A stretch of DNA of 64,000 bases from Alphaproteobacteria bacterium (GCA_037138055.1 JBAXJB010000005.1:6485-70484), one strand, 5' to 3'; numbered from the stretch's first letter, positions 1-13,182 are shown. Notes: a model not told the origin generated them from the letters alone. Program-made: numbers and translations.

Positions 1-1167
1 GATACAGGAAAAGAAGGAATTTTTGCCGTTTATGACCTAGGCGGTGGTACTTTTGATGTATCAATTTTAGCTATGCGCAAAGGCGTTTTTCAAGTGCTTG
101 CAACCGGAGGACACACATCATTAGGTGGTGACGATATAGACACCATAATTACAAAACATTTTGGTTGGGATGATCACTTAAAAGCGCGTAGCGCTAAGGA
201 AACTCTTGCTCATGGATTAAACGAAAAAGTACTGAGTGATCTGTGTCAGCCGCTTATCAAACAAACGCTATCTATTTGCGACCAAGCTATTAAAGATGCA
301 AGCATTACTAAAGATCAAATTGATGGAGTTATTTTAGTTGGTGGATCAACCAAACTAAATGCCGTTAGAACATCTGTTAAAGAATTCTTTGAACAAGAGC
401 CGCTTACCAATCTTGACCCAGATTGTGTCGTTGCATACGGCGCAGCACTGCAAGCTCATCAATTAACTTTTGGCACCGACACCCTACTTCTGGATGTTAT
501 TCCCATTTCATTGGGCATTGAAACCATGGGAGGCATTGTTGAAGTGCTCATTCCTCGGAATAGCCCTATTCCTATTCGCATGGCTCAAGATTTTACAACA
601 TACGAAAATGGGCAAACAGCTATAAGCATTCATGTGGTCCAAGGAGAGAGAGAATTTGTAAAAGACTGTCGCTCTTTAGGACAGTTCACCTTAACTGGTA
701 TTCCCCCAATGCTTGCTGGTGCTGCACGTATCCGCCTAACATTCAGTGTCGATGCTGATGGCCTATTAACTGTAAGTGCTAAAGAGCAAGAAACTGGCAT
801 TATTCAACAAGTAGAAGTGAAACCTTCTTATGGATTAAGCGCTGAAGATTATGCAACCATGCTAAGACAAAGTTATGAACACGGAGAAGAAGATCTTAAT
901 AACAGATTATTGATTGCAGCTAAAATAAAAGCAGAGCAACTGATAGCTCAGCTTGAAAGTGCTCTAAATTTAGATGCTCACCTTCTTGACGAAGACCAGA
1001 TAAATGCTTTAAAAGTTTGTGTTCGGGATGTAAAACAAAAGCTTAGCATTCAGGATTGTTCGTCAATCCAAAAAGCATGTGATGATCTAGCTTTATTAGC
1101 GCAACCGTTTGCTGAAAAGCGTATTGCACATGCCATAAAACAAAAATTTCAACACCAAACTATATAG
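1..1167 (+). CDS. hscA: Fe-S cluster chaperone HscA (Hsp70 family), 5'-truncated by the window edge
   Basis: Frame 1 is open from base 1 (DTGKEGIFAVYDLGGGTFDVSIL...GGDDID), showing Hsp70 ATPase motifs. The substrate-binding domain and helical lid follow. It is followed directly by fdx, as in isc operons. Confidence 0.9.
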   Translation, partial: DTGKEGIFAVYDLGGGTFDVSILAMRKGVFQVLATGGHTSLGGDDIDTIITKHFGWDDHLKARSAKETLAHGLNEKVLSDLCQPLIKQTLSICDQAIKDASITKDQIDGVILVGGSTKLNAVRTSVKEFFEQEPLTNLDPDCVVAYGAALQAHQLTFGTDTLLLDVIPISLGIETMGGIVEVLIPRNSPIPIRMAQDFTTYENGQTAISIHVVQGEREFVKDCRSLGQFTLTGIPPMLAGAARIRLTFSVDADGLLTVSAKEQETGIIQQVEVKPSYGLSAEDYATMLRQSYEHGEEDLNNRLLIAAKIKAEQLIAQLESALNLDAHLLDEDQINALKVCVRDVKQKLSIQDCSSIQKACDDLALLAQPFAEKRIAHAIKQKFQHQTI

Positions 1168-1179
1168 TTAAGGAACTTT

Positions 1180-1509
1180 ATGCCATCCATTCATTTTATC
1201 AAGCCAGACGGTGAAAAAATAACTGTTGATGCTCCTCTTGGTCTTTCTGTTTTGGAAATTGCCCATCGCAATAGCATTGATCTAGAAGGAGCATGCGAAG
1301 GCTCATTAGCTTGTTCAACCTGCCATGTAGTGGTAGATGAACCATGGTTTGAAGTTTTACCTGCAGCCACTGAAGATGAAGAAGACATGCTAGATTTAGC
1401 ATTTGGCTTAACCCACACTTCACGCCTTGGTTGTCAGATTATTATAACGGAAGAACTAGACGGTCTAACCCTTAAGCTACCAACAGCAACGCGCAACATG
1501 ATGGTTTAA
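1180..1509 (+). CDS. fdx: 2Fe-2S ferredoxin, adrenodoxin/ISC type
   Basis: 109 aa with the cluster-binding pattern [12 protein letters not shown]...GC. It sits 12 nt after hscA. Confidence 0.9.
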   Translation: MPSIHFIKPDGEKITVDAPLGLSVLEIAHRNSIDLEGACEGSLACSTCHVVVDEPWFEVLPAATEDEEDMLDLAFGLTHTSRLGCQIIITEELDGLTLKLPTATRNMMV

Positions 1510-1545
1510 AATGAAAAATTTGCTAAATTTTTAAGCACTTCCCCC

Positions 1546-1554
1546 TGTGGATAA
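1546..1554 (-). promoter_or_regulatory. Perfect consensus DnaA box (TTATCCACA on the minus strand) upstream of dnaA
   Basis: The + strand reads TGTGGATAA at 1546-1554, 87 nt before the dnaA ATG. The box lies in the loop of a weak CCCCT/AGGGG hairpin (1542-1569) followed by a T-rich tract. Confidence 0.5.
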
Positions 1555-1640
1555 ATTTTGATTTAGGGGTTGTATTTTTAGTTTCGCTCTTCTATTTTAG
1601 TGATTACATTATTCGTTTTCATTTTATAGGTACACAATAA

Positions 1641-3074
1641 ATGGCCCAACCTCAGTTGGTCGATCAGGGAGCTGTTGTCGCTTCAGTAGACCGCTTAAGC
1701 CCTACTGCTATGCTAAAAGACCAGTGGAACATGGTCAAAGAGCTAGTAGCAACTGATATTGGTGTGAGCCATAGCAAAAGCTGGATAGAACCGCTTGAAC
1801 TATTAGGCCTTGATGGCATGATGCTTGTTCTTGGATCTCCAAATAGCTTTGCAAAAGACTGGGTTGAAAATCATTACTTAGAATCAATGGAAAAATCTTG
1901 GAAACAAATCAATATGGTTATCCAAGGCGTGAAAATTATTATTCACGAAGCATCTGTCACCATTGCGAACACTAACTCTAGCACGATTTCAGCTCAAGTA
2001 AGGACTCAAGAAAGTTTTGATTCATTTGAAAAAGAAGAAGCTGGCACATACACAGGCGCCCCTTTAGACAATCGCTTCACCTTTGAAAATTTCGTGGTTG
2101 GAAAACCAAATGAATTAGCTTATGCAGCAGCGTTACGCGTTGCAGAATCTTCCACACCACAATTTAATCCACTGTTTTTGTATGGCGGAGTTGGGCTTGG
2201 TAAAACGCATCTTATGCATGCAATTGCTTGGAAGATTCGTCAATGTCACCCTGCTCGTAAAGTTATTTATCTATCAGCTGAAAAATTCATGTACCAGTTT
2301 GTACGTGCATTACGCTACAAAGACATGGTTTCTTTCAAAGACCAATTCAGAGCGGTTGATGTCTTAATGATTGACGATGTGCAATTCATTAGCGGTAAAG
2401 ATACTACCCAAGAAGAATTTTTCCACACATTCAATGCGTTAGTTGATAAAAATCATCAAGTCATTGTGTCTGCTGATAAATCACCATCAGACCTTGAAAA
2501 TATGGAAGAACGGCTTAAGTCACGTTTAGGTTGGGGACTTGTTGCTGATATTCACCCTACAACGTATGAATTACGTTTGGGAATTTTACAAGCAAAGTCT
2601 GCAGCCTTAGGTGTTAAAATGCCCAAAGAAGTTTTGGAATTTTTAGCATTTAAAATAACGTCCAACATTCGCGAATTAGAAGGCGCTTTGAATCGTATTC
2701 TGGCCCATGCAAGCCTTGTGGGCAGGTCAATTTCTTTAGACACAACACAAGAAGTTTTACGTGATCTACTTCGCTCTAATGACCAACGCCTAACAGTTGA
2801 AGAAATTCAGCGCAAAGTAGCTGAATACTTTAACATTAAAATGTCAGACATGGTTTCAAATCGTCGCATGCAAAATATTGCCAGACCTCGTCAAATTGCC
2901 ATGTACATAGCAAAACAATTAACCAGCAAATCACTACCTGAAATCGGACGTAAATTTGGCGGACGTGATCATACAACAATTTTACATGCTGTTAGAAAAA
3001 TTCAAGAATTGAGCGCAGATGATTTTGATTTTGCTAATGATGTTGAAATTCTAAAACGCAGCTTACAAACATAA
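1641..3074 (+). CDS. dnaA: Chromosomal replication initiator DnaA
   Basis: 477 aa with AAA+ Walker A (GGVGLGKTHL), Walker B (LMIDDVQF) and the C-terminal DnaA signature (IGRKFGGRDHTTILHAVRKI). Confidence 0.97.
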   Translation: MAQPQLVDQGAVVASVDRLSPTAMLKDQWNMVKELVATDIGVSHSKSWIEPLELLGLDGMMLVLGSPNSFAKDWVENHYLESMEKSWKQINMVIQGVKIIIHEASVTIANTNSSTISAQVRTQESFDSFEKEEAGTYTGAPLDNRFTFENFVVGKPNELAYAAALRVAESSTPQFNPLFLYGGVGLGKTHLMHAIAWKIRQCHPARKVIYLSAEKFMYQFVRALRYKDMVSFKDQFRAVDVLMIDDVQFISGKDTTQEEFFHTFNALVDKNHQVIVSADKSPSDLENMEERLKSRLGWGLVADIHPTTYELRLGILQAKSAALGVKMPKEVLEFLAFKITSNIRELEGALNRILAHASLVGRSISLDTTQEVLRDLLRSNDQRLTVEEIQRKVAEYFNIKMSDMVSNRRMQNIARPRQIAMYIAKQLTSKSLPEIGRKFGGRDHTTILHAVRKIQELSADDFDFANDVEILKRSLQT

Positions 3075-3116
3075 AAATTTACAAAATATAACCTTCGACC
3101 AATTTTTGGAGCAATC

Positions 3117-4244
3117 ATGGAACTCACAGTTCAAAAAAACTCATTTTTAAAAGCGTTGTCACACGGACAAAGTATCGTTGAAAAACGTACAACGATTCCA
3201 GTTTTAAGTCATGTTTTGCTTAGCGCAACTCATGCAGGCCTCACATTAACATCAACAGATCTTGATATGGCTTTGGTTGAGACTGTCCCTGCGCAAGTTC
3301 GTATCGCAGGACGCATATGCGTTCCTGCGCATCTACTTCATGATATTATTAAGAAACTTCCAGACCTTCCAATTGATATTGAAATTAACCAAGAAACACA
3401 GCAATTAAGTGTTAAAGCTGGACGTTCTCATTTTAACCTTCCAGGACTTGCACCTGAAGATTTCCCTGAAATCACTAGCTCTGTGCTTACTCATCATTTC
3501 GACATCGGTGCTAGCGATTTCCGCTATATGATTGACCACACAAGGTTTGCTATGTCGACAGATGAAACCCGTTATCATCTAAATGGCATTCATTTTCATC
3601 TTTTTGAAGAAGACGGCATGAAACTACGCGCTGTTGCTAGTGATTTGCATCGATTAGCCTGTGTAAGCATCAATGCGCCTGAAGGATCAGCAGACATGCC
3701 TTCAATGATTATTGGCCGCAAAGCCATTACTGAGATAAGAAAACTATTGGAGGAAGCACCTGAACAAGTAAAAGCAGGGCTTTCGGATAGTCGATTCGAA
3801 CTTAGCATACAAGGCGGTCAAAATCGTATGAGTTTTAGCACGCGCCTTGTTGACGGAGAATTTCCAGAATACCAACAAACATTGACTGCAGACATTGAAC
3901 GCACCGTAAAAGTAAACACGCGCGCACTAGCAGATGCTGCTGACCGAGTCAGTACCGTTATCACTGACCGAGATAAAATTCTGCGTATCAATCTCGAAAA
4001 TCAGCACGCAAAGCTTTCAGCAATCAGCCAAGAATTAGGCGCTGCTCAAGAAGAAGTTGATGTAGAATCATCTTGCAGTGACCCAATTCAAATTTGTTTC
4101 AACGTTCGCTACGTGCTTGATGTTGCTGGATTAATTAAAGACGAAGAAATGAATATGCATTTAACTTCTCCAGACACACCAATTATTATACGTCCCGCAA
4201 ACACCAACAACGAAGCATACGTTATTATGCCTTTGTTTGCGTAA
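3117..4244 (+). CDS. dnaN: DNA polymerase III beta sliding clamp
   Basis: 375 aa of typical DnaN length and pattern (NSFLKAL...VEKRTTIPVLSHVLL; RLVDGEFPEYQ). It lies immediately downstream of dnaA. Confidence 0.95.
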   Translation: MELTVQKNSFLKALSHGQSIVEKRTTIPVLSHVLLSATHAGLTLTSTDLDMALVETVPAQVRIAGRICVPAHLLHDIIKKLPDLPIDIEINQETQQLSVKAGRSHFNLPGLAPEDFPEITSSVLTHHFDIGASDFRYMIDHTRFAMSTDETRYHLNGIHFHLFEEDGMKLRAVASDLHRLACVSINAPEGSADMPSMIIGRKAITEIRKLLEEAPEQVKAGLSDSRFELSIQGGQNRMSFSTRLVDGEFPEYQQTLTADIERTVKVNTRALADAADRVSTVITDRDKILRINLENQHAKLSAISQELGAAQEEVDVESSCSDPIQICFNVRYVLDVAGLIKDEEMNMHLTSPDTPIIIRPANTNNEAYVIMPLFA

Positions 4245-4264
4245 GAAAAACTACCATCATATAG

Positions 4265-4297
4265 TTCGGGGGCATAACTCCCCCGAATATCTTTTTA
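4265..4297 (+). terminator. Rho-independent terminator after dnaN
   Basis: Perfect 8-bp GC-rich stem TTCGGGGG (4265-4272) / CCCCCGAA (4280-4287) with a 7-nt loop, followed by TATCTTTTT. Confidence 0.7.
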
Positions 4298-4420
4298 TAC
4301 CTTCAAATAACATCATTAGATTTTTTCTATAATTAAGCTGTATATATCTCGCTCTTAATATTTAATTAAACAATATAATATATATTTATATTATGAATTG
4401 TCTTAAATATATTAAAAATT

Positions 4421-5209
4421 ATGAATAAAAATACTTTTGTCAAACTATTTTTCTTCATGTTATTCCATGACCTAGGTGGAAGCACCCAAACATACTATGA
4501 ATTTTTTGACCCACCATTTTCACATATAAATGGAAATCATGAAAAAGTTGGAATCGTATTTTTACATGGTCTAGGTGGAAGCGCAGAAAGTTGTAATGAA
4601 TGGATTGATTTTGCAAGGAACGAAGGCATACGCCCCTCTTCTTCACAATGTGCAGTATATATTCCTGAAGCAAAAGATCGTTCTTGGTTTGATGTAAATG
4701 CCTTGTTACCCGATTTAATGCATATTTCGAATCCAAAAAATCAAACGCCAGCTAACATTAAGACCCTCTTGGAAAAGATAAAAAACATCGCTCCTCAGCT
4801 TCAAAGCTTAAAAGCAGGCATTAAAGATTTTATGAAACGTGAAGGAATAACAATGAAGAATTTGCATTTCGTTGGCTATTCTCAAGGTGGAATATTAGCG
4901 CAAATGCTTGCTTATTCTTTACCAGACTCTTGCGGAAGTGTGTGTTTTGCTGGTTGCCCATGGGTATGGACTCCTGGTGAAGACATTAAGCTTCCCCATT
5001 CAATTTTGATGGCAATTAATAATGATGATCCTATCTTTGGAAACATCTATCATTTTTCACGAGATATTTTCAAGAAAAAGGTAGGATCAAAAAAATTTAA
5101 TACAGCTGTAAAAGAAGTGATTGAACAAGAAGGCGGTCATAGTATTTCTCAAACTGCAAAAATTGTATGCGCAAAACATTTCAAAGAAATTTTAGGAGTT
5201 ATTTCATAA
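4421..5209 (+). CDS. Alpha/beta hydrolase of the phospholipase/carboxylesterase (acyl-protein-thioesterase-like) family
   Basis: 262 aa with FLHGLGGS, nucleophile elbow GYSQGG, and later DDP and GGH matching a Ser-Asp-His triad order. The gene looks AT-rich by eye. Confidence 0.7.
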   Translation: MNKNTFVKLFFFMLFHDLGGSTQTYYEFFDPPFSHINGNHEKVGIVFLHGLGGSAESCNEWIDFARNEGIRPSSSQCAVYIPEAKDRSWFDVNALLPDLMHISNPKNQTPANIKTLLEKIKNIAPQLQSLKAGIKDFMKREGITMKNLHFVGYSQGGILAQMLAYSLPDSCGSVCFAGCPWVWTPGEDIKLPHSILMAINNDDPIFGNIYHFSRDIFKKKVGSKKFNTAVKEVIEQEGGHSISQTAKIVCAKHFKEILGVIS

Positions 5210-5309
5210 AGTTGATTTATCCAACAAAAATTAAATAACCGCATCTCGCAATTCCCCCTAACATGCTGCTATACTGGTGGGTATAAAAGCGTATCATCAA
5301 AAAGTAAAT

Positions 5310-5870
5310 ATGCACGTTCAAAGTGTTCAACTCCGGGTCAGCTTAACGGGACGTTATGCAACTGCCCTATATAAAGAGGCTTCCTCTACAAAGAGTACTG
5401 AAGCCATTTTGAATGATATAAATACGTTTGATGAGCTTCTAAAAAGCAGTAAAGAACTAGAGCACATTTTAAAAAGTAACTTTTTGCGCGTAAAAGATGC
5501 ACTTCATATTTTAGATGAAGTTGGAAAGCTTATGAATTTTTCCGAATTATTTGTGAATTTTTTAAAGATAATTGTGACTAACAGACGCGGCACTTTTCTA
5601 CAAAATATTTTCAATGATTTTTTAGCTCTTGTTGATATTCAGACTAATACAGTACCCATTCGTATAGAATTTGCACAAATTGAAAAAAGCAATATTAGTG
5701 CAATAGAAAGGCTATTGAAAAAAATGTATCCAGACCAAGCTTACAGATTTGAACATCATCAAGTTCCTGAGCTTTTAGGTGGGTTCAGAGTCTTTATTCG
5801 TGAACGTTGTTTAGACTATAGTTTAAAAAGTCGCCTAAATCGTCTATCTTACCAACTAAAAGAGGCCTAA
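5310..5870 (+). CDS. atpH: F1Fo ATP synthase subunit delta (OSCP)
   Basis: N-terminal GRYATALY motif and position directly before atpA. The ATG at 5310 is preferred over the GTG at 5277 given by the ORF track, so the start is uncertain. Confidence 0.85.
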   Translation: MHVQSVQLRVSLTGRYATALYKEASSTKSTEAILNDINTFDELLKSSKELEHILKSNFLRVKDALHILDEVGKLMNFSELFVNFLKIIVTNRRGTFLQNIFNDFLALVDIQTNTVPIRIEFAQIEKSNISAIERLLKKMYPDQAYRFEHHQVPELLGGFRVFIRERCLDYSLKSRLNRLSYQLKEA

Positions 5871-5875
5871 ATTTT

Positions 5876-7415
5876 ATGCAGCATCGCGCTACCGAAATCA
5901 GCGATATCATCAGGAATACTCTACATCATGCTGATAAGGCTTTTGACAGTTATGAAGTTGGCACAGTCCTTTCTGTTGGTGATGGCATTGCTCGCATCTA
6001 TGGCTTAGACAATGTTCAAGCTGGAGAATGGGTTGATATTATTACCAGCGACGGCACACCAGTACGGGGCATTGCAGAAAACCTTGAAGTTGATCATGTA
6101 GGCGTGGTGATTGTTGGTAATGATCAGTTAGTTAAGGAAGGCGACCAAGCACGCAGAACCCACCAGATTGTCAACGTAAGTGTTGGCAAAGGGTTGCTCG
6201 GTCGTGTGGTTGATGCATTAGGCAATCCCATTGATGATCTTGGCCCATTAGAAGATGTCACATCTACTCCTATCGAACGTAAAGCTCCTGGTATTATCGC
6301 CAGAAAATCAGTGCATGAACCAATGTTAACTGGAATTACTGCTATTGACGCTTTAGTTCCAATTGGACGCGGGCAACGAGAATTAATTATTGGTGACCGA
6401 CAAACAGGAAAAACCACTATTGCTGTTGACGCGATTTTAAATCAAAGAGAAATCAATAAAGGCCCTGATCCTAAAAAACATTTGTATTGCATTTACGTAG
6501 CTATTGGCCAAAAACGTTCATCAGTCGCGCAATTAGTCAAAACTCTGCAAGACCAAGGTGCTATGGATTACACTATTGTTGTTGCAGCAACGGCTTCTGA
6601 CCCTGCTCCTTTGCAATATCTTGCTCCGTACACTGCTTGTGCCATGGGGGAATATTTTCGCGACAATGGTATGCATGCTCTTATTATTTACGATGATCTT
6701 TCCAAACATGCTGTAGCTTATCGTCAAATGTCTTTGCTGTTACGTCGTCCTCCTGGACGCGAAGCCTATCCAGGCGATGTGTTTTATTTGCATTCACGTC
6801 TTTTAGAACGCGCAGCGAAATTAAGTAATGAATTGGGCGGAGGCTCACTAACAGCGTTGCCAATTATTGAAACACAAGCCGGTGACGTGTCTGCATACAT
6901 TCCTACAAACGTGATTTCAATCACCGACGGTCAAATATTTTTAGAAACAGAACTATTTTATCAAGGCATACGCCCAGCAATTAACGTTGGACTTTCCGTT
7001 AGCCGTGTTGGGTCTGCTGCACAAACTAAAGCTATGAAAAATGTTGCTGGTAAAATTAAACTAGAGCTTGCTCAGTACCGAGAAATGTTAGCGTTCTCCC
7101 AATTCGCTAGCGATCTTGATGCAAATACTCAAGCGCTTTTAGCACGCGGCGCAAAACTTACTGAACTGTTAAAGCAAGACCAAAGAAAACCTTATTCGCT
7201 AGCACAAGAAGTTGTTGTGCTGTTTGCAGCTGTTCGTGGCTTTCTTGATAAAGTTCAAGTGGAACGTATTAAAGAATTTCAAAAGGACTATCTGCACCTT
7301 CTTGAAACTCAAGAACCAGAAATGATGTACGCTATAAATCATACTGGTATTTTAAGCAACGAACACGAAGAAAAATTAAAAACCTTTTTAGATGAATTCC
7401 TAAGCCGTTTTGCCC

Positions 7416-7438
<23 letters not shown>
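5876..7438 (+). CDS. atpA: F1 ATP synthase subunit alpha
   Basis: 520 aa with P-loop GDRQTGKT and highly conserved alpha-subunit blocks ([21 protein letters not shown]). Confidence 0.97.
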
Positions 7439-9679
<2,241 letters not shown>

Positions 9680-9695
9680 TAGGAAGATAAACGTT

Positions 9696-10598
9696 ATGCT
9701 AACACCTGAGACACAATTGTTTCTGGAAGGTTTAAAAAATTTAAACCGTCCTCCTATCGATCAAATTCCCGTTGAATTTATGCGTGATCAGTTTGAGACT
9801 GTATCTATGTTATATGGCGGAAGTCGAATTCAAAATGTTTCATATGAAGACAGCATACTTACATTACAAAAAGTGAATCGCCCAGTTAAAATTCGTACTT
9901 TTCAGGTTGAAGCACCGAAAGGGGTAATTTTATATGCGCACGGAGGTGGTTGGATTCAGGGCAGCTTAGATACTCATCATGTTATGTGTCAAAATCTAGC
10001 ACAGGCAACACGTAGTAATGTTGTAGCAATTGATTACTCTTTATGCCCTGAGCATGCATATCCAGTTGCATTAAACGAAATTGAGGCCGTATATAAATGG
10101 GCTGTTTCCGAACAATCCCTTCCCATTAGTGTCGCTGGTGACAGCGCAGGCGCAAATTTAATGGCAGGACTTATAATGCGATTAAACAGCCAACAATTGG
10201 CTTTACCCAAAGATTGTATTTTTTTCTATCCTTTTTTTGATTTAACATGCCAATTGAAGTCACTACAGGAATTTGCTGAGGGCTACATGTTAACTAAACA
10301 TACAACAGTCCACTGCAGAAATACTTATTTAAGTAATGACCAAACGTTAGCAGAGCTCCCTGAAGTTTCGCCTTTATGGCAAATGGAAAATATCAAATTT
10401 CCACCTTCTTTAATTATTGCTGCTGAATATGACCCTCTTCGCGATGATTCAAGAATCGCTAAAGATATATTGAAACAAAAGGGTGCGTTGAAAGGCTATT
10501 TAGAAGTACCTGGAGTCATTCATGGATTTGCGCAATTTCCAGGTTTATTTCCAGAATCAACTAAAGTTTTTGAATGGATTGGCAAGTTTTATAGCTAA
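9696..10598 (+). CDS. Alpha/beta-hydrolase fold-3 esterase/lipase (hormone-sensitive-lipase family)
   Basis: 300 aa with the HGGGW oxyanion-hole motif, the GDSAGANL nucleophile motif, and a later DPLRDD and HGF. It starts 16 nt after atpD, where atpC would be expected. Confidence 0.8.
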   Translation: MLTPETQLFLEGLKNLNRPPIDQIPVEFMRDQFETVSMLYGGSRIQNVSYEDSILTLQKVNRPVKIRTFQVEAPKGVILYAHGGGWIQGSLDTHHVMCQNLAQATRSNVVAIDYSLCPEHAYPVALNEIEAVYKWAVSEQSLPISVAGDSAGANLMAGLIMRLNSQQLALPKDCIFFYPFFDLTCQLKSLQEFAEGYMLTKHTTVHCRNTYLSNDQTLAELPEVSPLWQMENIKFPPSLIIAAEYDPLRDDSRIAKDILKQKGALKGYLEVPGVIHGFAQFPGLFPESTKVFEWIGKFYS

Positions 10599-10692
10599 GA
10601 AAACCACTGATATTTTGTGTAACTAGTCTTAAAAACTTGAATATTTTTGAAAAACCTCCTATACCCTATCTATGGATTGATGATCTACGGCC

Positions 10693-11649
10693 ATGAATAA
10701 ATTTTTAGATTTTGAAAAACCAATTGCTGAACTTGTTGGTAAAATTGAAGAGCTAAGACACTTAGCTAACAACAAAGACCTTAACATCGCTGATGAGGTT
10801 TCTAAGCTGCAATTAAAAGCAGATAAAATGATGCGTCAAACGTACACTCAGTTAACACCTTGGCAAAAGGTTCAAGTAGCTAGGCATCCGGACAGACCAA
10901 AATTTTCTGCATATATAAATGCAATTTTTACTGATTTTGTGCCACTTGCTGGTGATCGCTTATTTGCTGATGACCAAAGTATTGTTGGTGGCTTGGCGAC
11001 CTTAGGTGGTGTATCTGTTATGGTCATTGGCCAAGAAAAAGGTAACGATACAGAATCCCGTGTAAAACATAATTTTGGCATGCCAAAACCTGAAGGGTAT
11101 CGTAAAGCTCAACGTTTAATGGATATTGCAAATCGTTTTAAATTGCCAGTTATCACGTTTATTGATACGCCAGGAGCTTATCCTGGCATTGATGCCGAAG
11201 AACGTGGTCAAGCTGAAGCAATAGCTAAAAGCATAGAAAAATGCCTAACTATTGAAGTTCCCTTAATTACAATCATCATCGGTGAAGGTAGCTCTGGCGG
11301 TGCCATAGCTATTGCAACTGCAAATTCAGTATTAATGCTTGAACATGCAATTTATGCGGTAATTTCCCCTGAAGGATGTGCTTCAATTTTATGGCGCAGC
11401 TCAACAAAAGCTGCTGAAGCTGCTGAAGCCCAAAAATTAACCGCTCAAGACTTACTAACACTTGGTGTAATTGATGCAATTATTCCTGAACCTATTGGCG
11501 GAGCACAACGCTTTCCTACACAAGTTGTTGAATCTGTAAGACGTCAGATAGAAATAGTTATGAATGACCTAATGCGCAATAGCGGACCACAGCTAAAACA
11601 AATGCGTCGTGAAAAGTTCCTGCATATGGGACAAAAGAGTTTAGGGTAA
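10693..11649 (+). CDS. accA: Acetyl-CoA carboxylase carboxyltransferase subunit alpha
   Basis: 318 aa with conserved AccA blocks ([23 protein letters not shown]; GEGSSGGA). Confidence 0.95.
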   Translation: MNKFLDFEKPIAELVGKIEELRHLANNKDLNIADEVSKLQLKADKMMRQTYTQLTPWQKVQVARHPDRPKFSAYINAIFTDFVPLAGDRLFADDQSIVGGLATLGGVSVMVIGQEKGNDTESRVKHNFGMPKPEGYRKAQRLMDIANRFKLPVITFIDTPGAYPGIDAEERGQAEAIAKSIEKCLTIEVPLITIIIGEGSSGGAIAIATANSVLMLEHAIYAVISPEGCASILWRSSTKAAEAAEAQKLTAQDLLTLGVIDAIIPEPIGGAQRFPTQVVESVRRQIEIVMNDLMRNSGPQLKQMRREKFLHMGQKSLG

Positions 11650-11693
11650 CTTTTGAAAACCAAACATTTAACAACAAAACGGTGATACCAATT

Positions 11694-12416
11694 ATGATGT
11701 TGAACTTAAATATTCCAAAGCATGTCGCAATCATTATGGATGGCAATGGACGTTGGGCGAAAGCAAGATCGCTTCCTACTATTGCAGGCCACAGAGCTGG
11801 AGCAAAAGCTGTTGAAGAGATAATAGGACGCGCTGCAGAAATTGGAATTGAGTATGTAACTCTTTGGGCTTTTTCTTCTGAAAACTGGAAACGTGAGCAA
11901 GAGTGGGTTGAAGAACTTATGGGGCTGCTTCGTTGGTACCTACAACATTCAATCGATAAGCTTATAAAAAACAATGTACGTGTGAAAGTTATTGGTGACC
12001 GCTCAGCGTTCGCAAAAGACTTGCAAGACATGATCGGCAGCGTTGAAGACAGAACCCAGGAAAACACAGGTATTACTGTTATTTTAGCGTTAAGTTATGG
12101 AGGCCGAGATGATATTCGCAGGGCTACACAAAAAATTGCAGCTGACATCAAAAGCGGAGCTATACAGCCAGAGGATATTACAGAAGACTTAATCAGCCAA
12201 AATCTTGACACCAAGTTTTGCCCAGATCCTGATTTATTAATTCGTACCTCTGGCGAATTACGAGTAAGCAACTACCTACTGTGGCAAATGGCTTACACTG
12301 AATACGTATTTGTTGATTGCTTTTGGCCTGATTTTGGGGCAAAACAATTAGACTTAGCAATTGAACAGTATTCAAAAAGGCATCGCCGATATGGCTTATA
12401 CAGTGTTGCAGCCTAA
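11694..12416 (+). CDS. uppS: Undecaprenyl (di-trans,poly-cis-decaprenylcistransferase) diphosphate synthase
   Basis: Carries HVAIIMDGNGRWA and the C-terminal RTSGELRVSNYLLWQ motifs. The start is ambiguous between GTG 11682 and ATG 11694 or 11697, with a GGTGA Shine-Dalgarno-like sequence at 11680-11684. Confidence 0.92.
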   Translation: MMLNLNIPKHVAIIMDGNGRWAKARSLPTIAGHRAGAKAVEEIIGRAAEIGIEYVTLWAFSSENWKREQEWVEELMGLLRWYLQHSIDKLIKNNVRVKVIGDRSAFAKDLQDMIGSVEDRTQENTGITVILALSYGGRDDIRRATQKIAADIKSGAIQPEDITEDLISQNLDTKFCPDPDLLIRTSGELRVSNYLLWQMAYTEYVFVDCFWPDFGAKQLDLAIEQYSKRHRRYGLYSVAA

Positions 12417-13182
12417 GGGAGATTTGCTTCCAAGAATCCTTACCGGATTAGTAGCAATCCCGGCAGTTATTTTTCTAATTTTTCAAGACCCCATTTTTTT
12501 TATATTACTTGGTGTGCTTGCAAGCTTTGGATTACTTAGAGAATGGTCACGTCTAAGTTTTGGTGAAAATTACCACTGGATGAATAGCATTTGTTTATTA
12601 GCTATTCTCGTGGCTTTTGTGCCGGCATTACGTATAGGTTCTGTTGCAATAATACTAGCTGGATGTGGTTGGTTGTATTACTTAAACCTTTTGCCCGTTA
12701 AGAAGTTTGCAATTGTCAGCGCTGGCTATCTGTACATAAGCCTTGCAATGAGTATCATTATTCATATAATGCCTGAAATTGGGGGATCGCACTTTATTTT
12801 ATTAGTACTTGCTCTTGTTTGGCTTGTAGATACAGGCGCGTTCATAGTAGGTAAAGCTATAGGAGGACCAAAATTAGCGCCGACTATTAGTCCTGGCAAA
12901 ACATGGGCTGGATTTTTTGGTGGTATCTTTTTTGGTTTAGTGGGCGTGTGGTTTCTAACAAAAATAATGAGTATCAACGTAAGTAATGCATTTTGGGTTT
13001 TTGGAACAGCTGCGGTTTTTCTGGCCCATGGCGGTGATCTTCTAGAATCATGGTGTAAACGATATTTTAATGTAAAGGACTCTGGCAGTTTTCTTCCTGG
13101 TCATGGCGGGTTATTAGATAGGCTAGATAGTCTTTTGGCTATTAGCTTTGCAGTCGCCTTACTTTGGTATTTTGGTGAATAA
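12391..13182 (+). CDS. cdsA: Phosphatidate cytidylyltransferase
   Basis: Polytopic membrane protein with the CdsA signature (SxxKRxxxxKDxGxxxPGHGGxxDRxD, here CKRYFNVKDSGSFLPGHGGLLDRLD). The start is uncertain (TTG 12361 or ATG 12391), and either one overlaps the uppS end. Confidence 0.87.
   Translation: MAYTVLQPKGDLLPRILTGLVAIPAVIFLIFQDPIFFILLGVLASFGLLREWSRLSFGENYHWMNSICLLAILVAFVPALRIGSVAIILAGCGWLYYLNLLPVKKFAIVSAGYLYISLAMSIIIHIMPEIGGSHFILLVLALVWLVDTGAFIVGKAIGGPKLAPTISPGKTWAGFFGGIFFGLVGVWFLTKIMSINVSNAFWVFGTAAVFLAHGGDLLESWCKRYFNVKDSGSFLPGHGGLLDRLDSLLAISFAVALLWYFGE

Noticed and set aside
4355-4369. TTAA-N7-TTAA, a CtrA-box-like spacing, upstream of the APT-like esterase.
   Set aside because: It sits in an extremely AT-rich stretch where TTAA pairs are expected by chance. 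It lacks the trailing C of TTAAC, and there is no functional reason to expect CtrA control here.
4298-4420. A very AT-rich tract after dnaN (for example AATATAATATATATTTATATTATG), considered as a possible oriC unwinding element next to dnaA-dnaN.
   Set aside because: I found no DnaA boxes in or next to it. The dnaA upstream region has only one box in 131 nt. In the alphaproteobacteria I know, oriC is typically elsewhere, in the hemE region. It is more simply a promoter or 5' region of an AT-rich accessory gene.
11558-12067. A 169-aa minus-strand ORF spanning the accA 3' end and the uppS 5' half.
   Set aside because: It overlaps two strongly supported + strand genes and its translation has no family features. 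I treat it as a shadow ORF. The same reasoning applies to the other antisense ORFs on the track, for example 54044-54421, 33458-33796, 24912-25244 and 63467-63793.
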